Shown one piece after another: positions 53,280-64,000 of a stretch of 64,000 bases of DNA. Each line of letters starts with the position of its first letter. Position 1 is the stretch's first letter. The DNA comes from Eledone cirrhosa. Lineage: Eukaryota. A program made the translations under genes and the position numbers. The notes under the pieces were generated by a model. That model was not told the origin of the DNA. It saw only the letters and a list, made by a program, of their open reading frames with translations, and made no database searches. The DNA lies in NCBI GenBank assembly GCA_964016885.1, contig OZ024743.1, positions 363,382,001 to 363,446,000 on the forward strand, read 5' to 3'.

Positions 53280-56170
53280 CTAATCACTTTGTTGACCTAT
53301 ACTACACCAAGCAAGATGACCAATTATATGCCAATTAAGTATGAAAGGACAGTAGGTGTGTTATGTCCACACATTTACAATATACTCAGAACATTCCCTT
53401 ACATGTGCACAAACACATGCACACACATACACATAGAACTTGTATAAACATATATAATACCATCATAAACACACACACACACATAACTAGATATAAATAT
53501 TAGTTTCAGTCATATACAAATCTTTTCACACTCACACATAGGTCTTATCAAAGTCTTCTACTGATCAACTAAATACACCTTAGACTATATATAATCTTCT
53601 TTCAAAAATTCTCTAAAGACAAACTGGTGAATTCTACATCAGGCATCAACTGTATGTAAATTGTTAACACAAAAAGCCTGTCTCTACACTTCAAACGTCT
53701 GTGATATATGATGTCTTTATATCATTTTTCCATATCTTCAACCTAACATCTTCACATGAAATATGTTACAGTGGTATATTCTCTGCAAGCTGAGTGCCTA
53801 CTTAGAACCACATAATTTCATTTATGTTGTAAAATGATAAAGGAAATCTATGAACATTGCCACTACCATTTTATTCTCCTCTTTAAAATGTGTGGCTTTC
53901 TATACATGTAAAAAATTATTTTACTTACTGTAACATTCAGTTATCTATAGATTAAGCTGTTAAACTTCATGTAACAGGTTCAATCCCTACTCACATACAT
54001 TCACTTCTCATATACAGACAAATACAGATTCCAATTTACAAGGTGATGGTAGTAGGGGTGGAAAATAAATGTGTATCGGTCTTATGTTTTTCTGGAAAGC
54101 CTTAGTAAGGGAAACCTGGTGGTCACGTGATGTTTGGAAGCCTGTCAGAGGGAGTATTCATTGCCTTGTTTAATACCATCATCTAGTATTGGGCCAGGTC
54201 TCCAGTCTGAAGATAACTGCCTCTTCCCACCCTACCAGCCACTGATGCCCTGAAAAGAGTCATTACTACTTCCTTTTCTCCCCTAACTAAGTCATTAAGT
54301 AAACTTGTAAGTTTGTGGAAAATGGTGATATGCAGTCCTGCATAAAATAAGTACCAGACTTGAAACAAAACTTTACTAAGGCTCAATATCATTGACTAAA
54401 TCTCTTTAACACTTCCATTACCATAATTTTAATAGTAGACATTGCTTATACTTTTGAAAAAGAGAATAGCTGCTGCCTTTCACCTTAATTGGTTGGCTGT
54501 TGAAATATACTGAAGTAAGGAAACTATTCTGCAGAAATGTAAATATGACTGCTAAAACTATGAAGAATAAGAGTGATATTCTGTATTGCAGATATGTCAA
54601 ATATATAACTGCTAAAACTTTGGGAGAATAATGAGGGCAAATAAAATCAAGTTATTTAATTGGATGCCAGAGGTTTACCTACAGCAGTTATTCTACATAA
54701 TGTAGTGATTAAACAATAGTAATGGATGAAACACCTGAAGATGGTTATAACTTTAACCAGTTGAAATTTGTTTGAAAGCCAAAGTCATGTAGTCATATTT
54801 CATAATAAATCTCATGAACTTCTTGTGGAGCTGTAAAATGTGGACCTCAAATTGAAAATAGGAGCTCAAGAGTGACTATTATAACTGGTGTTTATGGCAT
54901 ATAGGTACATTATTGTTATTTATGACTGATATTTAAGAAATACTAAGACAAATATTATTGTTATTTGTGTCTGTAAGTTAACGCTTATAGATACAATACT
55001 GTTATTTATGTCTGAAAGTTAAAGTTTATAGATATAATACATTATTTATGATTGATAGTTAAGATATAATACTGTTACTTCTGACTGGTAGTTAAGGCTT
55101 ATAGGCATAATACTGGTATTTATGACTAATAGTTAAGCCATATAGGTATATTACTGTTATTTATGATTAGTAGTTAAAACATATAGTCTTATGTAATGTT
55201 GTTACACTAACACTTTGGATTTGTAGTTTAACTGATAAATTACTATAGCAGTTCAGACAACAACACAACAAGCATTTCCCTGCTAAAGCAAAGTCCCATT
55301 ATGGACTTCATATTTTGTAGGGCTCCTTTCTGAAGCAATGTTTTACAATCAGAAGCCCTTTCTAGCACCAGCTTTTTTAGTCAGCTCTTACAATATACAA
55401 GTATATGGTGAATCTTTTGTAAACCGAATAACTACACTAATACTTAAGATGGAAAGGAAGAATACATCACAAGTTCAGAAAAGGTCACAATTTCAATCAC
55501 TGGTTAAATCCAATTCACTTCATTTACATTGATAATGCTCTTGTTGAAGGTATGAATGTCACATGATACATTTCTCCTGCCCATAAATTATGAGACCTTT
55601 AGTAGGGTGTCAAAAGGAATGTCATATTCATTATTTGTATTTTTCAACCAATATTTAAAACTACTAAACCCACAAACAGATTATAATCCAACCACAATTT
55701 TACAACATCTCAATATAACAAGATTGGTGACAGTCCATTAAATAGTAAAATGTTTATATATTTCTATATGAAACCTATTTCAACTGAAATTGAACTTGTA
55801 AGGATTGATTTCTAATGTTTCCATTAGAAATGTTTCCTTATTTAAAATTGTAACCCATACTCATCTTGATATGATTAACCAAACCCTTCTTGAATTGTGA
55901 TTTCACTAGATTTTGAAACAAAATAGAGCCTGCCTTAAATTTCTATTAAATCTCTATATTTTGTTAACCTCTGGAACTATAATTCTGACTTCTGATGTTT
56001 AATCAGTGAGTTTCCATGTTCTTCATTTCTGTTTATGCCATGCAAGAGTTTGAGAGTTGAAGAAATTATGAAATGTTTCAGAGATGATATAACCCCAGTG
56101 CTTCCTTGGTTTATTCTTTGGTATATGCTTTAGGTTAGATGACAAAATCATTATAGAATGAAGAAATAAA
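53280..56170 (+). other. Probable long 3' UTR of TMEM220
   Basis: About 2.9 kb largely free of recognisable TEs after the stop codon; AATAAA at 56165-56170 followed by a GT/T-rich tract. Earlier AATAAA sites also exist, so the end is uncertain. Confidence 0.4.
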
Positions 56171-56259
56171 TGTATTTATCTGCTAATGTGTTTGTTTATT
56201 GGCTATTTTTCTTCTTGTTAAATATCCACTCTCTCTCATCATGACTTCAGTAAGTTGTC

Positions 56260-57993
56260 CATTGTTTCATTGATCTGGTGTGTCTAAAGGCCACTAATCA
56301 CTCAAAGTTACATCACCCGACCTTAAATATAGTGTGTGTCTCTGATCAAATCATCCAAATACTGGAGGGTGTAACACATGGCATTGGTATTTATAGCTAC
56401 ATCGGAGAATCAAGTGAATGAAACCAATAACATCAATAATAAAAGATAATAATAAAGAAGTTAGAATGAAAATGATAAAGATGTGAAAAATAAGCAAAAA
56501 ATAAGTACAGAATACGATTACTGATAATAGCCGTAGTGGTGGTGGTAGTTGAAGTTCTGATGGTGAGTAAGTGGATGTGTAAAATAGTGATGATGGTGAA
56601 GATAACAATAACATGAAAAGAAATACCAAATACATGATATATATTATAAATGCAAGAGGTACAATCAAATCTCAGAGGATTAAAATAAAAAATGAAAAAT
56701 AACTAGAAGAGATAAGGGACAGGAGACAGAGAGTAAGGACAAGGATTCAAGGATGAGACATAAGGGGTAGGACGAAGGACAGGACGGAGAAGGAGTAGAA
56801 TAGAAAATAGAAAGTGAAAGATAGAGAATAGAAAGTGAAAGGGGCAGTGATGATATATGGGTGATTAATGTCTGACAGAGTGATTGTTTTATCTTAATGG
56901 AGAGAGAGTGGAAGAAATGTTGAGAGATTTATGATGTTGATTTAATGATTGGTTGGTCAATTGACAGCTAATAACAGTGGAGTGGTATGGAACTAGTACA
57001 TTAAAACCTGGGTGGTTCTGCTTGAATTCTGAGATTGCTGGATCGAATCATGCCAATTTGAATTAGAGAACTTGGTAGCTGCTTTGTGCCACAGAAAATT
57101 AATCGTTCTATTTTGTTAAGCAGCATTTTATCATACTTTAAAATATAGAGCAGCTCCATATTGCAAAGTCCACAGTGGGACATTCCATTTTTGTAGGCCC
57201 TTGCACTCGATAACTTCGACCAGCTAATCTCATATTCTTGGTTGATGTCCTTAAGCTGCCAGATCTTATTGGCCAGCGTCGTTGAGTTCTCTAGTCTACG
57301 AGTTTTTATAGAATGCCTATGTACGAACCATCTTTTTTTGAATTCCCCAGCAGTAGAACCTATGTAGTGCCATGCTAAGTTGCCTGATTTGATAGTACAC
57401 AGGTACACTATACTTGATTCCAGGCATCTATTTTGTAGTGGGCATTTATCCGGCAGGTGGCAGTTACACTTGGAGGCCTTCTTGCGTGCAGGTTCTCCAT
57501 TGCAGTTTTGTATGTTGTTAGGGATGGGCTGAGATTTAGGTTTATTGATGTTTTGTTGCGATGTGCCCTGACGTGTGTGTGGTTGTGATGTTGTCATGTG
57601 TTTGTGTTTTGTATTTGGTGCTATGGTGTATGTTGGTAGGTTATTTTCCTTATAGATTTATTATAGTTGATTTTATGTATGTGTGATTCTATGTTACACA
57701 TCCACTTACTCACTATAACTTCAACTACCACCACCACGACTATTATCAGCAATCATATTCTGTACTTATTTTTTACATCATTTTCATTCTAATTTCTTTA
57801 TTATTATCTTTTATTATCTTTTATTATTGATGTTATTGTTTTGATTCTCCGATGTATCTATAAATACTAATGCCATGTGTTACACCCTCCAGTATTCGGA
57901 TTATTTGATCAGAGACACACACTGTATTTAAGGTCGAGTGATGCAACTTCGAGTGATTAACGACTTTAGACACACCTGATCAATGAAACAATT
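56260..57993 (-). mobile_element. 5'-truncated Penelope-like element with GIY-YIG and an inverted pLTR
   Basis: ORF 57001-57597(-): CNCHLPDKCPL..CLESSIVY...YIGSTAGEFKKRW..H; ~300-bp diverged inverted repeats 56260-56580 / 57698-57993. Confidence 0.8.
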
Positions 57994-58231
57994 GTTAATA
58001 CTGTAAATAAAACCCTTTTTGTACAACCAGCCAGGTTATTCTTCACTCTTTCACTACTATTAATCCAAGAATAACCTGCATAGGAATTGTCGCCAACTCG
58101 CTACCTAACTAAGGAAACCTCTTGTTGAGTCAAACAACGCCGTACGTTAAAACTATCCATAGTACAGAGTACTCACAACCTCTAACTGGATTACCTAAAA
58201 TGATAACTTGTTATCCCATATATATATATTA

Positions 58232-58555
58232 TTCCGGGTTCAATCGGGGGTAACCACAGTAAGTAAGGTACTCAATACATCGCAGAGTATAAATGTTTAA
58301 TATAGAAAAGCTTCTACAGGACTAGAACTGTTTCATTCGTGCGAAATCATCAGGAAGCTAGCTGTCCAAGTAAATATGGTGGTATTTATATCTTTTCTGG
58401 TGGTAGGTGAGGGTGGGGATTGGGATGGGTGAAGGTCATTGGTTGATGGGTTTAAAGAAAGGGGAATTCTTTAAAAGCTAATTCTTTAAAGTGACAAAGG
58501 CAGAAAGAATATTATAAACAAGTTCAGATTGGAATACCACTCCTTATTTTTAAGT
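58232..58555 (-). mobile_element. PLE pLTR-like element carrying a hammerhead (second copy 43810-43945)
   Basis: Shared ccgggtt.aatcggg..taaccacagtaagtaaggtactc...ggactagaactgtttcattcg in both copies; both flanked by (TA)n. Confidence 0.55.
58309..58359 (-). ncRNA. Type I hammerhead ribozyme with a proper stem III
   Basis: Minus strand AGCTTC-CTGATGA-T-TTCG(CA)CGAA-T-GAAA-CAG(TTCTAGTC)CTG-TA^-GAAGCT; all three stems pair; GUA triplet. Confidence 0.75.
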
Positions 58556-58613
58556 ATATATATATATATAGTGAGTGTGTGTGTGTGTTCTGTTATTATT
58601 TCTGGCAAATATA

Positions 58614-58668
<55 letters not shown>

Positions 58669-59306
58669 GATCGCATTTAATGTCTGTTAAAGGTTCTTGG
58701 CACTACCATTGTTACCATCGCTTTCCTCTAGCCATGGGACTTGGAGACATGAACCGAATGCTACCATTCTATTTTATATCAATGTGAACTGCTATTTCTA
58801 ATAGCCATCTTTTCATCCCTTGATAATGTGTGTGTGAGACACGTTGGCTGAGGGCTTCTGACAGGAACTAATAGATTGATTCTTTTTAGCTTCCCGGCCC
58901 CACGTAAAATGTATAAATCAGTGGCTAGTTGAGAGATAGAGTCCTATCGGTTGCCAGTTAATCACTTTACCGTGTCGGTTGTCACAAACAGTCATGACCG
59001 GCACGGGCCGGTGTTTGGATTATGTCAATCGATTGGTTATTGATTAGGCGATACCCGCTGATGAAGCAGCATAAGCCGATTGTGCATTGTTGCATAATAT
59101 AGGCAGACAGATGGTGCAGTGCACCTTACTGCTGCATTAGTGCTGCAGAAACTCGAGTCCGGGAACTTTATAGGCACCTGATTTACGTGTGTTGTGTTGA
59201 GGCAAATAACTATGTATACTCTGGTAATGTATCTTACATTGCCCATTGAGTGCGCTGAGATACAACCGGTACTGGCATTGATAAATATGGTGGGTCCGTC
59301 AACCCT

Positions 59307-59334
<28 letters not shown>

Positions 59335-59338
<4 letters not shown>

Positions 59339-62260
59339 AAATCTGAGGATGTGTGTGTTAAGGTTTGTAACGGATTCACGTCCACAATTTCAAACAGATT
59401 CTATTCAAAGTCAGGACAATTATTGCTTTTGGTCAGGAAAAGGTCATGAAGCAAAAAAATTTCAAATCGATCAACAATAAGGGCAAAAATCGATCATGAT
59501 CATTCCCCCTCTATATAATTTAACTGATTTACTCTCTCTGTCGCTCTTCACTCCCTATATAACAACACTGCAGAGAGAGAAACAATGTTTATGATCAAAT
59601 GGAGCGTTCCGTATATTCCCTCTCTCTATAATTTAGCTGCTTTACTCTCTCTGTCGCTCTTCACTTCCTATATGACAACACTGCAGTGGAACGTTCCATA
59701 TTGACATACGGCTTATCTGGGGCATTTTCAATCAGTTTATTGCAAATAACAACCCGCAAAATAACACTTCATATAACAGATTAATGCCATAGACATATGA
59801 ATTGGAATGTAACCCGTGAACTTTTTCCTGGGCAAAATTATTCGAACAGACATGAACTCATTGCCAGAGTGTTCAGACTGAAACTGGCTAAACTCATGGC
59901 TTTAATAAAAAATGGTCAGGTATTTGGGGGCTGTAAAATGTGACATGTTCACCGTCGAATGGCAAAAACGAGGGCTGCCACATGCTCACATTTTGATTTG
60001 GTTAGCTGATAAAATCAATTCAAATGCCATAGACAGCTTCATTTTGGCTGAATACCTAACCCAGCAACTGACCAGGAATTACATGACATCGTCAAAGCTA
60101 ACATGGTCCGTGTGCGTCGGGTCCTAATGAGCATCACACATGTCTGAAAGGGGGCTCGTGCAGTAAGGGATACCCAAAAAAATTTGTTGACCAGACTCAG
60201 ACTGGTGGCGATGGGTACCCCCTGTACAGGCGGATACGGCCCGAGAACGGTGGCTTCACCACAACAGTAAAAAGAGGTCAAGTCGACAATAGATGGGTGG
60301 TCCTTTACTGCCCGCTTCTCTTGAAGATGTTCAACGCCCACATCAACGTTGAGTTTTGCAACTCCGTCAAGTCGATAAAATATATATGCAAATATGTAAA
60401 TAAGAGCTCTGATGCCGCAATGTTCGCATTTCAAGCTGAAAATAGGGACAAGGTCGCAGAATACCAGGCGGGGCGGTACATCAGTAGCAATGAAGCTTTT
60501 TGGCGCCTATTTGGTTTACCCCTACACCAATCCCCCCCCCCCCTATCGTACAGCTCCCGGTACATTTGGGTTTACTTTACGGACCAAACCGTCGCCAAGT
60601 TGGCCGCCGATCCGAAAGAGACCACTCTGACAGGTTTCTTCAAACTTTGCCAGTTCGATACATTTGTTCAAACAATAGTGTATCCCAGGTTCCATCCTAC
60701 TTTATATGGTGGAAAAACACTTGGGTGCGAAGAAAGTCAGGTCAGGCTGTTGAAAGACATCCTGGTGTAAAATTTGACAGCTGTCTTGGAAGGGTTTACA
60801 CTGTGCCCCCAATTCAGCATGAGTGCTTTCATCTCTGCCTTCTTCTGCATGAAGTTGTAGGCCCACAAAGTTTTCAGGACCTCAAAACTGTTGATGGAGA
60901 AATATGTGATGCGTACCGGGAAGCCTGCTTTAAGCGTGGTCTTTGAGAAGATGATTCGTAATGGGATTCCACTTTAGCAGAGGGTGCTTTGTTGAAATCA
61001 TCTAAAGGTCTTCGGGAACTCTTTGTCATTTTGCTTCAAAAGTGTGAATTGGGTTATCCCAAATCTTTATGGGTCAAGTACAGAGACTTCATGTCTGAGG
61101 ACTTCCTGCGCCTGGCTCATCTGCAATATACTTCAGTGGAAGTTGGTTACAGCGACATTATCTACAACAGGGCACTCATTGATATCGAGGACGCCCTCCT
61201 CGACATGGGTGGGAGTGAGTTGGCGACGTATGGCTTGCCGTCAACCGTCAGAGAGGAAGCTAACACGTTGGCCCCGGATTTGTTGCGGGAAACAGCATAT
61301 GACATCGAATCTCTTTCCCAATACTTAGAGGAAAATGAGCCCAAACTTCTGTCGAACCAAAGGTTGGCCTATTTAACTATCATTGACGCGGTTCAAAATC
61401 AAACTGGGGGTATTTGCTTTCTCGATGCTGCTGGGTGTACCGGAAAAACTTTTGTAACGAAATTGATTCTCGCTAAGATTTGTCAGGAGAAAAAAATTGC
61501 GTTGGCCGTTGCATTGTCCGGGATCGCTGATACTTTGCTGCCGGGAGGCAGGACAGCACATTCAACCTTTAAACTCCCCTTGGATTTAGTAAAAACTGAG
61601 ACACCAACATGCAATATCAGCAAGAGTTCACACGAAGCTCTGGTTCTCAAAAAATGTTACCTCATTGTTTGGGATGAGTGCAGAATGGCACACAAGGGTG
61701 CCCTTGAGGCATTGGACAGGACCCTGAAAGACATTAGGGATTCTACGGCTCCTATCGGTGGCGTAACCCTTTTGCTATCAGGGGATTTTCGGAAAACGCT
61801 GACTGTCATCCCCAAAGGGACAAGAGCTAATGAAGTGTGTGCCTGCCTTAAGACGTCCATGTGGCTCCAGGTGAAGAGTTTGTACCTGAGCACAAATATG
61901 CGTGCTCATTTGCATGGTGACAACATGTCTGCAGCAATTGCTCAGAACATTTTAGCACTTGGTGAGGGCAAGGTCCCTGCGGATGACAAGGGCGGCATAG
62001 CAATCGAATCCCTGTGCAACATTGTGAGCAGCCCTTCTGACTTTTGGGAAGCAGTTTTTCCTAATGTCTCATCTAACTTCAAAAACCTCAATTGGCTCAG
62101 CGATTGTCCAAAATGCTAATTGGTTCGTAACTTTTAATAACCGGTTCAACTGCTTTATGCACTTAAATGATAAGCTTATTCGCTTTCAAGCCACGTTTAA
62201 CTGTATGTAACTTTTCATAGCAAATGAACAAGTCCGAGCAACGCCGGGCTAAACTGCTAG
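59335..62260 (+). mobile_element. Internally deleted Helitron (Rep + PIF1 helicase pseudogene)
   Basis: HUH motif VEWQKRGLPHAHILIWL, KYICKYVNK; Walker A DAAGCTGKT, IVWDE, LLSGDFR; 3' hairpin CCGAGCAACGCCGG then CTAG|T at 62257-62260. Confidence 0.92.
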
Positions 62261-62302
<42 letters not shown>

Positions 62303-62556
62303 AATTATAGAAATTACATGAATCAAACCGAGGTTTGGAATAAACAATTGTAAGCTAATAAATGGTTTGAACAGAACTTTGATTCATGTAATTTCTATAT
62401 AACTGCTCTGTAGAACAGCTGATGTTATTACATTGAGCTATTTATCTTACTGGTAATAAGGTAGTAATAAATTACTGTCTTTCACTGTTTAGGGTTTAAA
62501 ATATATATAACTATAAAAGGTTTTAGTATATACATAACCATAAATAGTATCCTTAA

Positions 62557-62614
<58 letters not shown>

Positions 62615-62687
62615 GGTGTTGGATGCTTAAAGCGTCCGTTTGCGGTAGGCCGTTTGACACCTCGATGCTCTCATAGAACAGAGTATG

Positions 62688-62951
62688 ATATCACAGAAAA
62701 AAAGAGAATCAGTGTTGCGACGAATGGAATTTATTGAACATATTACAATCGTTTCTCTGGTGACCAGCTCGAGGCACGATCGATGTGATGATCGAACCTG
62801 ACTCTGAAAATCGCAAGGTTCTCAGATACGTCTTGAGTCAGGTTCGATCATCACATCGATCGTGCCTCGAGCTGGTCGCCAGAGAAACGATTGTAATATG
62901 TCCAATAAATTCCATTCGTCGCAACACTGATTCTCTTTTTTTCTGTGATAT
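62688..62951. repeat. Fold-back with 117-bp near-identical arms and a 30-bp spacer
   Basis: 62688-62804 reverse-complements 62835-62951; (TA)n adjacent. Confidence 0.88.
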
Positions 62952-62974
62952 ATATATATATATATGTATGTGTG

Positions 62975-63720
62975 TGTAGCGAAATCTGTCCACGCCTTGA
63001 ACCCTGGGTGACACCTAAAGGTCAAATTCTAGGTTACCATTCTTTTCGGCGAAAACAAGTACATGCGTGGGCGATGCTTCGAGGCGGGAAACAGAAAACG
63101 ACAGGTATAAAAAGCCTGTATCACCCCACTTCTAAACAGAGAGATCGGAGCAGAACGCTAGAGAATAGCTATGTAAAACATTCACCGCTACCTACAGGCC
63201 GCTGAGGTCTACAGACAACCAGAGACCATTACTTTCTCTCTCTCTCTCTCTCCTGGTCTCAGACTACACCAGCATCATGAAGCAACACCAAAAGCACTTT
63301 CAACCGTTGTAACTCTTTATAACATGTTCATTGTGAATTTATGAAGTGAAGTAAAGTAAACCTTTTTATATATAAAGTAAACTAGCTATTCTTGTTATTT
63401 CATCTAACGACCACTACTAATACCCTTCGTTACATTGGTGACCCCACCGCGGGAACGAACAGGTTCCTCTAAAAAGGAGTACGAATTGGTATTTTCCATG
63501 GCTTCCATTCCTAACATCAACAACTTTCTCAACATCAGCTTTCTCAGCAATCTATAATTACCAAGCTTCTCATCTATATGGTACGATATGAGAAAACTTC
63601 ACTTTTTCAAATTTTTCACCAAACTTCGAATCTACGGAATATTTACAGTGACTTTGCTTCGATGTTTCAATTCATTACCTAACAATTCACCACGTGCTTC
63701 GTAATCTCCAACAACACAGA
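62975..63720 (+). mobile_element. Gypsy-type LTR (62975-63434) with tRNA-Trp-like PBS and decayed gag start
   Basis: Termini TGTAGCG...CGTTACA; TATAAAA at ~63105; TGGTGACCCC at 63436-63445 matches the complement of the tRNA-Trp 3' end as I recall it; gag remnant is weak. Confidence 0.7.
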
Positions 63721-64000
63721 CAATACTACTAGCTTCTTAGCAAGAAAGGGATAACATTCTTATACCGAAAAAAAAACAAAAAAAAACAGACACATAAAGA
63801 AGAGAAAAACAACTTTTTTTTAAGGAACAATTATATATATATTTTTTTACAGGTTATATATTAACGTTCATTTTTTTTTTTTTACTGTATTATATGTCTG
63901 CATGCACTTAAACGTTTTGCATCAAACACATCATTTTCTTTTTACACACAAACAGTTTGTTACCTGTAATGTATGTTCTTGATTCGGTGGGGATTCTTCG

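Noticed and set aside
60989-62119. 376-aa PIF1 ORF as a host helicase or active Helitron
   Set aside because: It lies within Helitron termini; Rep has frameshifts and stops; Walker A is altered and the C-terminus is deleted.

Overview
AT-rich, microsatellite- and transposon-saturated animal genomic DNA; the SINE/RTE repeat signatures resemble octopus (coleoid cephalopod), which is an inference. I can reconstruct one host gene: a six-coding-exon TMEM220-like membrane protein on the + strand (33242-53279, 188 aa), with GT-AG junctions and consistent phases. The rest is mostly decayed mobile DNA: tRNA-derived SINEs, two RTE LINE families (one with a PHD-type finger inside the RT), L1/Tx1, CRE and R4/NeSL-like fragments, Penelope-like elements (PLEs), a Helitron, a Gypsy LTR with PBS, TIR elements and minisatellites. 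The main non-obvious signal is a set of small non-coding elements with type I hammerhead ribozyme motifs, several in head-to-head fold-back structures. The clearest is a young 464-nt ORF-less, terminally redundant monomer with an inverted copy (17036-17984; retrozyme or non-autonomous PLE). Also notable: SINEs stacked between reiterated target-site duplications, and a TIR element carrying a LINE ORF1 PHD-finger fragment. All calls were made by eye; TE boundaries are approximate.
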